Positions 39,211-54,200 of a DNA stretch of 64,000 nucleotides are shown here, one piece after another. The position numbers and the translations under genes are program-made. Position 1 is the stretch's first letter, and each line of letters begins with the position of its first letter. A model generated the notes under the pieces. That model was given only the letters and a program-made list of their open reading frames with translations, was not told the origin of the DNA and did not search any database. The DNA is from Eledone cirrhosa (taxonomy: Eukaryota), in NCBI GenBank assembly GCA_964016885.1, contig OZ024743.1, forward strand, positions 333,560,001 to 333,624,000. The letters run 5' to 3'.

Positions 39211-42200
39211 AATACTGTTGACCAATACTGTCATTATTGTCTACTTCTGTTGACCAATACTTTCATTATTGTCTACTTCTGTTGATCAATAGTGTTATTA
39301 TTGTCTACTAGTGTTGACCAATACTGTCATTATTGTCTACTACTGTTGACTAATACTGTCATTATTGTCTACTTCTGTTGATCAATAGTGTTATTATTGT
39401 CTACTTCTGTTGACCAATACTGTTATTATTGTCTACTACTGTTGACCAATACTGTCATTATTGTCTACTACTGTTGACCAATATTGTCATTATTGTCTAC
39501 TTCTGTTGACCTATACTGTCATTATTGCTTACTACTGTTGACCTATACTGTCATTATTGTCCACTTCTGTTGACCAATACTGTCATTATTGTCTACTACT
39601 GTTGACCAATACTGTCATTATTGTCTACTACTGTTGATCAATACTGTCATTATTGTCTACTACTGTTGACCAATACTGTCATTGTCTACTACTGTTGACC
39701 AATACTGTCATTATTGTCTACTTCTGTTGACCAATACTGTCATTGTCTACTACTGTTGACCAATACTGTCATTATTGTCTACTTCTGTTGACCTATACTG
39801 TCATTATTGCCTACTACTGTTGACCTATACTGTCATTATTGTCCACTTCTGTTGACCAATACTGTCATTATTCTCTACTACTGTTGACCAATACTTTGAT
39901 TATTGTCTACTACTGTTGACCAATACTATTATTATTATCTACTACTGTTGACCAATACTTTGATTATTGTCTACTACTGTTGACCAATACTGTCATTATT
40001 GTCTACTACTGTTGACCAATACTGTCATTATTGTCTACTACTGTTGACCAATACTGTCATTATTGTCTACTACTGTTGACCAATACTTTGATTATTGTCT
40101 ACTACTGTTGACCAATACTGTCATTATTGTCTACTTCTGTTGAACTATACTGTCATTATTGCCTACTACTGTTGACCTATACTGTCATTATTGTCTACTA
40201 GTGTTGACCAATACTTTCATTATTGTGTACTACTGTTGACCAATACTGTCTTTATTGTCTACTACTGTTGACAAATACTGTCATTATTGTCTACTTCTGT
40301 TGACCAATACTGTCATTATTGTCTACTACTGTTGACCAATACTGTCATTATTGTCTACTTCTGTTGACCTATACTGTTATTATTGCCTACTACTGTTGAC
40401 CTATACTGTCATTATTGTCCACTTCTGTTGACCAATACTGTCATTATTCTCTACTACTGTTGACCAATACTTTGATTATTGTCTACTGTTGACCAATACT
40501 GTCATTATTGTCTACTTCTGTTGACCTATACTGTCATTATTGCCTACTACTGTTGACCAATACTGTCATTGTCTACTACTGTTCACCAATACTGTCATTG
40601 TCTACTACTGTTGACCAATACTGTCATTATTGTCTACTACTGTTGACCAATACTGTCATTGTCTACTACTGTTGACCAATACTGTCATTATTGCCTACTA
40701 CTGTTGATCTATACTGTCATTATTGCCTACTACTGTTGACCTATACTGTCATTATTGTCCACTTCTGTTGACCAATACTGTCATTATTCTCTACTACTGT
40801 TGACCAATACTGTCATTATTGTCTACTACTGTTGACCAATACTGTCATTATTGTCTACTTCTGTTGACCTATACTGTCATTATTGCCTACTACTGTTGAC
40901 CAACACTGTCATTGTTTACTACTGTTGACCAATACTGTCATTGTCTACTACTGTTGACCAATACTGTCATTATTGTCTACTACTGTTGACCAATACTGTC
41001 ATTATTGTCTACTACTGTTGACCAATATGGCATTGTCTACTACTGTTGACCAATACTGTCATTATTCTCTACTACTGTTGACCAATACTGTCATTGTCTA
41101 CTACTGTTGACCAATACTGTCATTATTGTCTACTACTGTTGACCAATACTGTCATTGTCTACTACTGTTGACCAATACTGTCATTATTGTCTACTACTGT
41201 TGACCAATACTGTCATTATTGTCTACTTCTGTTGACCAATACTGTCATTATTGTCTACTACTGTTGACCAATACTGTCATTATTGTCTACTTCTGTTGAC
41301 CAATAATGTCATTATTGTCTACTACTGTTGATCAATACTTTCATTATTGACTACTACTGTTGACCAATACTGTCATTATTGTCTACTACTGTTGACCAAT
41401 ACTGTTATTATAGTCTACTTCTGTTGACCTATACTGTCATTATTGTCTACTTCTGTTGACCAATAATGTCATTATTGTCTACTACTGTTGACCAATACTG
41501 TCATTATTGCCTACTACTGTTGACCTATACTGTCATTATTGTCTACTACTGTTGACCAGTACTGTCATTATTGTCTACTACTGTTGACCAATACTGTCAT
41601 TATTGTCTACTTCTGTTGACCAATACTGTCATTATTGTCTACTTCTGTTGACCAATAATGTCATTATTGTCTACTACTGTTGATCAATACTTTCATTATT
41701 GACTACTACTGTTGACCAATACTGTCATTATTGTCTACTACTGTTGACCAATACTGTTATTATTGTCTACTTCTGTTGACCTATACTGTCATTATTGTCT
41801 ACTTCTGTTGACCAATAATGTCATTATTGTCTACTACTGTTGACGAATACTGTCAATATTGCCTACTACTGTTGACCTATACTGTCATTATTGTCCACTT
41901 CTGTTGACCAATACTGTCATTATTGTCTACTACTGTTGACCAATACTGTCATTATTGTCTACTACTGTTGACCAATACTGTCATTGTCTACTACTGTTGA
42001 CCAATACTTACATTATTGTCTACAACTGTTGATCAATACTGTCAATATTGTCTACTACTGTTGACCAATACTTTCATTATTGTCTACTACTGTTGACCAA
42101 TACTGTCATTATTGTCTACTCTGTTGATCAATACTGTCATTATTGTCTACTTCTGTTGACCAATACTGTCATTATTGTCTACTACTGTTGACCAATACTG

Positions 42201-45200
42201 TCATTATTGTCTACTACTGTTGACCAATACTGTCATTATTGTCTACTACTGTTGACCAATACTGTCATTATTGTCCACTTCTGTTGACCAATACTGTCAT
42301 TATTGTCTACTACTGTTGACCAATACTGTATATTATTGTCTACTAGTGTTGACCAATACTTTCATTATTGTCTACTACTGTTGACCAATACTGTCATTAT
42401 TGTCTACTACTGTTGACCAATTCTGTCATTATTGTCTACTACAGTTGACCAATACTTTCATTATTGTCTACTACTGTTGACCAATATCTTCATTATTGTC
42501 TACTACTGTTGACCAATACTGTCCTTATTCTCTACTACTGTTGACCAATACTTTCATTATTGTCTACTTCTGTTGACCAATACTGTCATTATTGTCTACT
42601 ACTGCTGACCAATAATGTCATTATTGTCAACTACTGTTGACCAATACTGTTATTATTGTCTACTTCTGTTGACCAATACTGTCATTATTCTCTACTACTG
42701 TTGACCAATAATGTCATCATTCTCTACTACTGTTGACCAATACTGTCATTATTGTCTACTACTGTTGACCAATACTTTCATTATTGTCTCCTACTGTTGA
42801 CCAATACTGTCATTGTCTACTACTGTTGACCAATAATGTCATTATTCTCTACTACTGTTGACCAATACTTTCATTATTGACTACTACTGTTGACCAATAC
42901 TGTCATATATGTCTACTACTGTTGACCAATACTGTCATTATTGTCTACTACTGTTGACCAATACTTACATTATTGTCTACAACTGTTGATCAATACTTTC
43001 ATTGTCTACTACTGTTGACCAATACTGTCAATATTGTCTACTACTGTTGACCAATAATGTCATTATTGTCTACTACTGTTGACCAATACTGTCATTATTG
43101 TCTACTTCTGTTGATCAATACTGTCATTATTGTCTACTACTGTTGACCAATACTGTCATTATTGTCTACTACTGTTGACCAATACTTTCATTATTGTCTA
43201 CTACTGTTGACCAATAATGTCATTATTCTCTACTACTGTTGACCAATACTTTCATTATTGACTACTACTGTTGACCAATACTGTCATTATTGTCTACTAC
43301 TGTTGACCAATACTGTCATTATTGTCTACTACTGTTGACCAATACTGTCATTATTGTCTACTACTGTTGACCAATACTATCATTATTGTCCACTTCTGTT
43401 GACCAATACTGTCATTACTGTCTACTAGTGTTGACCAATACTTTCATTATTGTGTACTACTGTTGACCAATACTGTCTTTATTGTCTACTACTGTTGACA
43501 AATACTGTCATTATTGTCTACTTCTGTTGACCAATACTGTCATTATTGTCTACTTCTGTTGACCTATACTGTTATTATTGCCTACTACTGTTGACCTATA
43601 CTGTCATTATTGTCCACTTCTGTTGACCAATACTGTCATTATTCTCTACTACTGTTGACCAATACTTTGATTATTGTCTACTGTTGACCAATACTGTCAT
43701 TATTGTCTACTTCTGTTGACCTATACTGTCATTATTGCCTACTACTGTTGACCAATACTGTCATTGTCTACTACTGTTGACCAATACTGTCATTGTCTAC
43801 TACTGTTGACCAATACTGTCATTATTGTCTACTACTGTTGACCAATACTGTCATTGTCTACTACTGTTGACCAATACTGTCATTATTGCCTACTACTGTT
43901 GATCTATACTGTCATTATTGCCTACTACTGTTGACCTATACTGTCATTATTGTCCACTTCTGTTGACCAATACTGTCATTATTCTCTACTACTGTTGACC
44001 AATACTGTCATTATTGTCTACTACTGTTGACCAATACTGTCATTATTGTCTACTTCTGTTGACCTATACTGTCATTATTGCCTACTACTGTTGACCAACA
44101 CTGTCATTGTTTACTACTGTTGACCAATACTGTCATTGTCTACTACTGTTGACCAATACTGTCATTATTGTCTACTACTGTTGACCAATACTGTCATTAT
44201 TGTCTACTACTGTTGACCAATATGGCATTGTCTACTACTGTTGACCAATACTGTCATTATTCTCTACTACTGTTGACCAATACTGTCATTGTCTACTACT
44301 GTTGACCAATACTGTCATTATTGTCTACTACTGTTGACCAATACTGTCATTGTCTACTACTGTTGACCAATACTGTCATTATTGTCTACTACTGTTGACC
44401 AATACTGTCATTATTGTCTACTTCTGTTGACCAATACTGTCATTATTGTCTACTACTGTTGACCAATACTGTCATTATTGTCTACTTCTGTTGACCAATA
44501 ATGTCATTATTGTCTACTACTGTTGATCAATACTTTCATTATTGACTACTACTGTTGACCAATACTGTCATTATTGTCTACTACTGTTGACCAATACTGT
44601 TATTATAGTCTACTTCTGTTGACCTATACTGTCATTATTGTCTACTTCTGTTGACCAATAATGTCATTATTGTCTACTACTGTTGACCAATACTGTCATT
44701 ATTGCCTACAACTGTTGACCTATACTGTCATTATTGTCTACTACTGTTGACCAATACTGTCATTATTGTCTACTACTGTTGACCAATACTGTCATTATTG
44801 TCTACTTCTGTTGACCAATACTGTCATTATTGTCTACTACTGTTGACCAATACTGTCATTATTGTCTACTTCTGTTGACCAATAATGTCATTATTGTCTA
44901 CTACTGTTGATCAATACTTTCATTATTGACTACTACTGTTGACCAATACTGTCATTATTGTCTACTACTGTTGACCAATACTGTTATTATTGTCTACTTC
45001 TGTTGACCTATACTGTCATTATTGTCTACTTCTGTTGACCAATAATGTCATTATTGTCAACTACTGTTGACTAATACTGTCAATATTGCCTACTACTGTT
45101 GACCTATACTGTCATTATTGTCCACTTCTGTTGACCAATACTGTCATTATTGTCTACTACTGTTGACCAATACTGTCATTATTGTCTACTACTGTTGACC

Positions 45201-48200
45201 AATACTGTCATTATTGTCTACTACTGTTGACCAATACTGTCATTGTCTACTACTGTTGACCAATACTTACATTATTGTCTACAACTGTTGATCAATACTG
45301 TCAATATTGTCTACTACTGTTGACCAATACTTTCATTATTGTCTACTACTGTTGACCAATACTGTCATTATTGTCTACTCTGTTGATCAATACTGTCATT
45401 ATTGTCTACTTCTGTTGACCAATACTGTCATTATTGTCTACTACTGTTGACCAATACTGTCATTATTGTCTACTACTGTTGACCAATACTGTCATTATTG
45501 TCTACTACTGTTGACCAATACTGTCATTATTGTCCACTTCTGTTGACCAATACTGTCATTATTGTCTACTACTGTTGACCAATACTGTATATTATTGTCT
45601 ACTAGTGTTGACCAATACTTTCATTATTGTCTACTACTGTTGACCAATACTGTCATTATTGTCTACTACTGTTGACCAATTCTGTCATTATTGTCTACTA
45701 CAGTTGACCAATACTTTCATTATTGTCTACTACTGTTGACCAATATCTTCATTATTGTCTACTACTGTTGACCAATACTGTCCTTATTCTCTACTACTGT
45801 TGACCAATACTTTCATTATTGTCTACTTCTGTTGACCAATACTGTCATTATTGTCTACTACTGCTGACCAATAATGTCATTATTGTCAACTACTGTTGAC
45901 CAATACTGTTATTATTGTCTACTTTTGTTGACCAATACTGTCATTATTCTCTACTAATGTTGACCAATAATGTCATTATTCTCTACTACTGTTGACCAAT
46001 ACTGTCATTGTCTACTACTGTTGACCAATACTTTCATTATTGTCTCCTACTGTTGACCAATACTGTCATTGTCTACTACTGTTGACCAATAATGTCATTA
46101 TTCTCTACTACTGTTGACCAATACTTTCATTATTGACTACTACTGTTGACCAATACTGTCATATATGTCTACTACTGTTGACCAATACTGTCATTATTGT
46201 CTACTACTGTTGACCAATACTTACATTATTGTCTACAACTGTTGATCAATACTTTCATTGTCTACTACTGTTGACCAATACTGTCAATATTGTCTACTAC
46301 TGTTGACCAATAATGTCATTATTGTCTACTACTGTTGACCAATACTGTCATTATTGTCTACTTCTGTTGATCAATACTGTCATTATTGTCTACTACTGTT
46401 GACCAATACTGTCATTATTGTCTAATACTGTTGACCAATACTTTCATTATTGTCTACTACTGTTGACCAATAATGTCATTATTCTCTACTACTGTTGACC
46501 AATACTTTCATTATTGACTACTACTGTTGACCAATACTGTCATTATTGTCTACTACTGTTGACCAATACTGTCATTATTGTCTACTACTGTTGACCAATA
46601 GTGTCATTATTGTCTACTACTGTTGACCAATACTGTCATTATTGTCCACTTCTGTTGACCAATACTGTCATTATTGTCTACTACTGTTGACCAATACTGT
46701 ATATTATTGTCTACTAGTGTTGACCAATACTTTCATTATTGTCTACTACTGTTGACCAATACTGTCATTATTGTCTACTACTGTTGACCAATTCTGTCGT
46801 TATTGTCTACTACTGTTGACCAATACTTTCATTATTGTCTACTACTGTTGACCAATATCTTCATTATTGTCTACTACTGTTGACCAATACTGTCCTTATT
46901 CTCTACTACTGTTGACCAATACTTTCATTATTGTCTACTTCTGTTGACCAATACTGTCATTATTGTCTACTACTACTGACCAATAATGTCATTATTGTCA
47001 AATACTGTTGACCAATACTGTTATTATTGTCTACTTCTGTTGACCAATACTGTCATTATTGTCTACTACTGTTGACCAATAATGTCATTATTCTCTACTA
47101 CTGTTGACCAATACTGTCATTATTGTCTACTACTGTTGACCAATACTTTCATTATTGTCTCCTACTGTTGACCAATACTGTCATTGCCTACTACTGTTGA
47201 CCAATAATGTCATTATCCTCTACTACTGTTGACCAATACTTTCATTATTGACTACTACTGTTGACCAATACTGTCATATATGTCTACTACTGTTGACCAA
47301 TACTGTCATTATTGTCTACTACTGTTGACCAATACTTACATTATTGTCTACAACTGTTGATCAATACTTTCATTATTGTCTACTTCTGTTGACCAATACT
47401 GTCATTATTGTCTACTACTGCTGACCAATAATGTCATTATTGTCAACTACTGTTGACCAATACTGTTATTATTGTCTACTTCTGTTGACCAATACTGTCA
47501 TTATTGTCTACTACTGTTGACCAATACTGTCATTATTGCCTACTACTGTTGATCTATACTGTCATTATTGCCTACTACTGTTGACCTATACTGTCATTAT
47601 TGTCCACTTCTGTTGACCAATACTGTCATTATTCTCTACTACTGTTGACCAATACTGTCATTATTGTCTACTACTGTTGACCAATACTGTCATTATTGTC
47701 TACTTCTGTTGACCTATACTGTCATTATTGCCTACTACTGTTGACCAACACTGTCATTGTTTACTACTGTTGACCAATACTGTCATTGTCTACTACTGTT
47801 GACCAATACTGTCATTATTGTCTACTACTGTTGACCAATACTGTCATTATTGTCTACTACTGTTGACCAATATGGCATTGTCTACTACTGTTGACCAATA
47901 CTGTCATTATTCTCTACTACTGTTGACCAATACTGTCATTGTCTACTACTGTTGACCAATACTGTCATTATTGGCTACTACTGTTGACCAATACTGTCAT
48001 TGTCTACTACTGTTGACCAATACTGTCATTATTGTCTACTACTGTTGACCAATACTGTCATTATTGTCTACTTCTGTTGACCAATACTGTCATTATTGTC
48101 TACTACTGTTGACCAATACTGTCATTATTGTCTACTTCTGTTGACCAATAATGTCATTATTGTCTACTACTGTTGATCAATACTTTCATTATTGACTACT

Positions 48201-51200
48201 ACTGTTGACCAATACTGTCATTATTGTCTACTACTGTTGACCAATACTGTTATTATAGTCTACTTCTGTTGACCTATACTGTCATTATTGTCTACTTCTG
48301 TTGACCAATAATGTCATTATTGTCTACTACTGTTGACCAATACTGTCATTATTGCCTACTACTGTTGACCTATACTGTCATTGTCTACTACTGTTGACCA
48401 ATACTGTCATTATTGTCTACTACTGTTGACCAATACTGTCATTATTGTCTACTTCTGTTGACCAATACTGTCATTATTGTCTACTACTGTTGACCAATAC
48501 TGTCATTATTGTCTACTTCTGTTGACCAATAATGTCATTATTGTCTACTACTGTTGATCAATACTTTCATTATTGACTACTACTGTTGACCAATACTGTC
48601 ATTATTGTCTACTACTGTTGACCAATACTGTTATTATTGTCTACTTCTGTTGACCTATACTGTCATTATTGTCTACTTCTGTTGACCAATAATGTCATTA
48701 TTGTCTACTACTGTTGACCAATACTGTCAATATTGCCTACTACTGTTGACCTATACTGTCATTATTGTCCACTTCTGTTGACCAATACTGTCATTATTGT
48801 CTACTACTGTTGACCAATACTGTCATTATTGTCTACTACTGTTGACCAATACTGTCATTATTGTCTACTACTGTTGACCAATACTGTCATTGTCTACTAC
48901 TGTTGACCAATACTTACATTATTGTCTACAACTGTTGATCAATACTGTCAATATTGTCTACTACTGTTGACCAATACTTTCATTATTGTCTACTACTGTT
49001 GACCAATACTGTCATTATTGTCTACTCTGTTGATCAATACTGTCATTATTGTCTACTTCTGTTGACCAATACTGTCATTATTGTCTACTGTTGACCAATA
49101 CTGTCATTATTGTCTACTACTGTTGACCAATACTGTCATTATTGTCTACTACTGTTGACCAATACTGTCATTATTGTCTACTTCTGTTGATCAATACTGT
49201 CATTATTGTCTACTACTGTTGACCAATACTGTCATTATTGTCTACTACTGTTGACCAATACTTTCATTATTGTCTACTACTGTTGACCAATAATGTCATT
49301 ATTCTCTACTACTGTTGACCAATACTTTCATTATTGACTACTACTGTTGACCAATACTTTCATTATTGTCTACTACTGTTGACCAATATCTTCATTATTG
49401 TCTACTACTGTTGACCAATACTGTCCTTATTCTCTACTACTGTTGACCAATACTTTCATTATTGTCTACTTCTGTTGACCAATACTGTCATTATTGTCTA
49501 CTACTGCTGACCAATAATGTCATTATTGTCAACTACTGTTGACCAATACTGTTATTATTGTCTACTTCTGTTGACCAATACTGTCATTATTCTCTACTAC
49601 TGTTGACCAATAATGTCATTATTCTCTACTACTGTTGACCAATACTGTCATTATTGTCTACTACTGTTGACCAATACTTTCATTATTGTCTCCTACTGTT
49701 GACCAATACTGTCATTGTCTACTACTGTTGACCAATAATGTCATTATTGACTACTACTGTTGACCAATACTGTCATATATGTCTACTACTGTAGACCAAT
49801 ACTGTCATTATTGTCTACTACTGTTGACCAATACTTACATTATTGTCTACAACTGTTGATCAATACTTTCATTGTCTACTACTGTTGACCAATACTGTCA
49901 ATATTGTCTACTACTGTTGACCAATAATGTCATTATTGTCTACTACTGTTGACCAATACTGGCATTATTGTCTACTTCTGTTGATCAATACTTTCATTAT
50001 TGACTACTACTGTTGACCAATACTGTCATTATTGTCTACTACTGTTGACCAATACTGTCATTATTGTCTACTACTGTTGACCAATAGTGTCATTATTGTC
50101 TACTACTGTTGACCAATACTGTCATTATTGTCCACTTCTGTTGACCAATACTGTCATTATTGTCTACTACTGTTGACCAATACTGTATATTATTGTCTAC
50201 TAATGTTGACCAATACTTTCATTATTGTCTACTACTGTTGACCAATACTGTCATTATTGTCTACTACTGTTGACCAATTCTGTCATTATTGTCTACTACT
50301 GTTGACCAATACTTTCTTTATTGTCTACTACTGTTGACCAATATCTTCATTATTGTCTACTACTGTTGACCAATACTGTCCTTATTCTCTACTACTGTTG
50401 ACCAATACTTTCATTATTGTCTACTTCTGTTGACCAATACTGTCATTATTGTCTACTACTACTGACCAATAATGTCATTATTGTCAACTACTGTTGACCA
50501 ATACTGTTATTATTGTCTACTTCTGTTGACCAATACTGTCATTATTGTCTACTACTGTTGACCAATAATGTCATTATTCTCTACTACTGTTGACCAATAC
50601 TGTCATTATTGTCTACTAATGTTGACCAATACTTTCATTATTGTCTCCTACTGTTGACCAATACTGTCATTGTCTACTACTGTTGACCAATAATGTCATT
50701 ATTCTCTACTACTGTTGAAAAATACTTTCATTATTGACTACTACTGTTGACCAATACTGTCATATATGTCTACTACTGTTGACCAATACTGTCATTATTG
50801 TCTACTACTGTTGACCAATACTTACATTACTGTCTACAACTGTTGATCAATACTTTCATTATTGTCTACTTCTGTTGACCAATACTGTCATTATTGTCTA
50901 CTACTGCTGACCAATAATGTCATTATTGTCAACTACTGTTGACCAATACTGTTATTATTGTCTACTTCTGTTGACCAATACTGTCATTATTGTCTACTAC
51001 TGTTGACCAATACTGTCATTATTGTCTACTACTGCTGACCAATAATGTCATTATTGTCAACTACTGTTGACCAATACTGTTATTATTGTCTACTTCTGTT
51101 GACCAATACTGTCATTATTGTCTACTACTGTTGACCAATACTGTCATTATTGTCTACTACTGTTGACCAATACTGTCATTATTGTCTACTACTGTTGACC

Positions 51201-54200
51201 AATACTTTCATTATTGTCTACTACTGTTGACCAATAATGTCATTATTCTCTACTACTGTTGACCAATACTTACATTATTGTCTACAACTGTTGATCAATA
51301 CTGTCAATATTGTCTACTACTGTTGACCAATACTGTCATTATTGTCTACTACTGTTGACCAATACTTAAATTATTGTCTACAACTGTTGATCAATACTGT
51401 CAATATTGTCTACTACTGTTGACCAATACTGTCATTGTCTACTACTGTTGACCAATACTGTCATTATTGTCTACTACTGTTGACCAATATGGCATTGTCT
51501 ACTACTGTTGACCAATACTGTCATTATTCTCTACTACTGTTGACCAATACTGTCATTGTCTACTACTGTTGACCAATACTGTCATTATTGGCTACTACTG
51601 TTGACCAATACTGTCATTGTCTACTACTGTTGACCAATACTGTCATTATTGTCTACTACTGTTGACCAATACTGTCATTATTGTCTACTTCTGTTGACCA
51701 ATACTGTCATTATTGTCTACTACTGTTGACCAATACTGTCATTATTGTCTACTTCTGTTGACCAATAATGTCATTATTGTCTACTACTGTTGATCAATAC
51801 TTTCATTATTGACTACTACTGTTGACCAATACTGTCATTATTGTCTACTACTGTTGACCAATACTGTTATTATAGTCTACTTCTGTTGACCTATACTGTC
51901 ATTATTGTCTACTTCTGTTGACCAATAATGTCATTATTGTCTACTACTGTTGACCAATACTGTCATTATTGTCTACTACTGTTGACCAATACTGTCATTA
52001 TTGTCTACTTCTGTTGACCAATACTGTCATTATTGTCTACTACTGTTGACCAATACTGTCATTATTGTCTACTTCTGTTGACCAATAATGTCATTATTGT
52101 CTACTACTGTTGATCAATACTTTCATTATTGACTACTACTGTTGACCAATACTGTCATTATTGTCTACTACTGTTGACCAATACTGTTATTATTGTCTAC
52201 TTCTGTTGACCTATACTGTCATTATTGTCTACTTCTGTTGACCAATAATGTCATTATTGTCTACTACTGTTGACCAATACTGTCAATATTGCCTACTACT
52301 GTTGACCTATACTGTCATTATTGTCCACTTCTGTTGACCAATACTGTCATTATTGTCTACTACTGTTGACCAATACTGTCATTATTGTCTACTACTGTTG
52401 ACCAATACTGTCATTATTGTCTACTACTGTTGACCAATACTGTCATTGTCTACTACTGTTGACCAATACTTACATTATTGTCTACAACTGTTGATCAATA
52501 CTGTCAATATTGTCTACTACTGTTGACCAATACTTTCATTATTGTCTACTACTGTTGACCAATACTGTCATTATTGTCTACTCTGTTGATCAATACTGTC
52601 ATTATTGTCTACTTCTGTTGACCAATACTGTCATTATTGTCTACTGTTGACCAATACTGTCATTATTGTCTACTACTGTTGACCAATACTGTCATTATTG
52701 TCTACTTCTGTTGACCAATACTGTCATTATTGTCCACTTCTGTTGACCAATACTGTCATTATTGTCTACTACTGTTGACCAATACTGTATATTATTGTCT
52801 ACTAGTGTTGACCAATACTTTCATTATTGTCTACTACTGTTGACCAATACTGTCATTATTGTCTACTACTGTTGACCAATTCTGTCATTATTGTCTACTA
52901 CAGTTGACCAATACTTTCATTATTGTCTACTACTGTTGACCAATATCTTCATTATTGTCTACTACTGTTGATCAATACTGTCCTTATTCTCTACTACTGT
53001 TGACCAATACTGTTATTATTGTCTACTTCTGTTGACCAATACTGTCATTATTCTCTACTACTGTTGACCAATAATGTCATTATTCTCTACTACTGTTGAC
53101 CAATACTGTCATTATTGTCTACTACTGTTGACCAATACTTTCATTATTGTCTCCTACTGTTGACCAATACTGTCATTGTCTACTACTGTTGACCAATAAT
53201 GTCATTATTCTCTACTACTGTTGACCAATACTTTCATTATTGACTACTACTGTTGACCAATACTGTCATATATGTCTACTACTGTTGACCAATACTGTCA
53301 TTATTGTCTACTGTTGACCAATACTTACATTATTGTCTACAACTGTTGATCAATACTTTCATTGTCTACTACTGTTGACCAATACTGTCAATATTGTCTA
53401 CTACTGTTGACCAATAATGTCATTATTGTCTACTACTGTTGACCAATACTGTCATTATTGTCTACTTCTGTTGATCAATACTGTCATTATTGTCTACTAC
53501 TGTTGACCAATACTGTCATTATTGTCTACTACTGTTGACCAATACTTTCATTATTGTCTACTACTGTTGACCAATAATGTCATTATTCTCTACTACTGTT
53601 GACCAATACTTTCATTATTGACTACTACTGTTGACCAATACTGTCATTATTGTCTACTATTGTTGACCAATACTGTCATTATTGTCTACTACTGTTGACC
53701 AATAGTGTCATTATTGTCTACTACTGTTGACCAATACTGTCATTATTGTCCACTTCTGTTGACCAATACTGTCATTATTGTCTACTACTGTTGACCAATA
53801 CTGTATATTATTGTCTACTAGTGTTGACCAATACTTTCATTATTGTCTACTACTGTTGACCAATACTGTCATTATTGTCTACTACTGTTGACCAATTCTG
53901 TCATTATTGTCTACTACTGTTGACCAATACTTTCATTATTGTCTACTACTGTTGACCAATATCTTCATTATTGTCTACTACTGTTGACCAATACTGTCCT
54001 TATTCTCTACTACTGTTGACCAATACTTTCATTATTGTCTACTTCTGTTGACCAATACTGTCATTATTGTCTACTACTACTGACCAATAATGTCATTATT
54101 GTCAACTACTGTTGACCAATACTGTTATTATTGTCTACTTCTGTTGACCAATACTGTCATTATTGTCTACTACTGTTGACCAATAATGTCATTATTCTCT

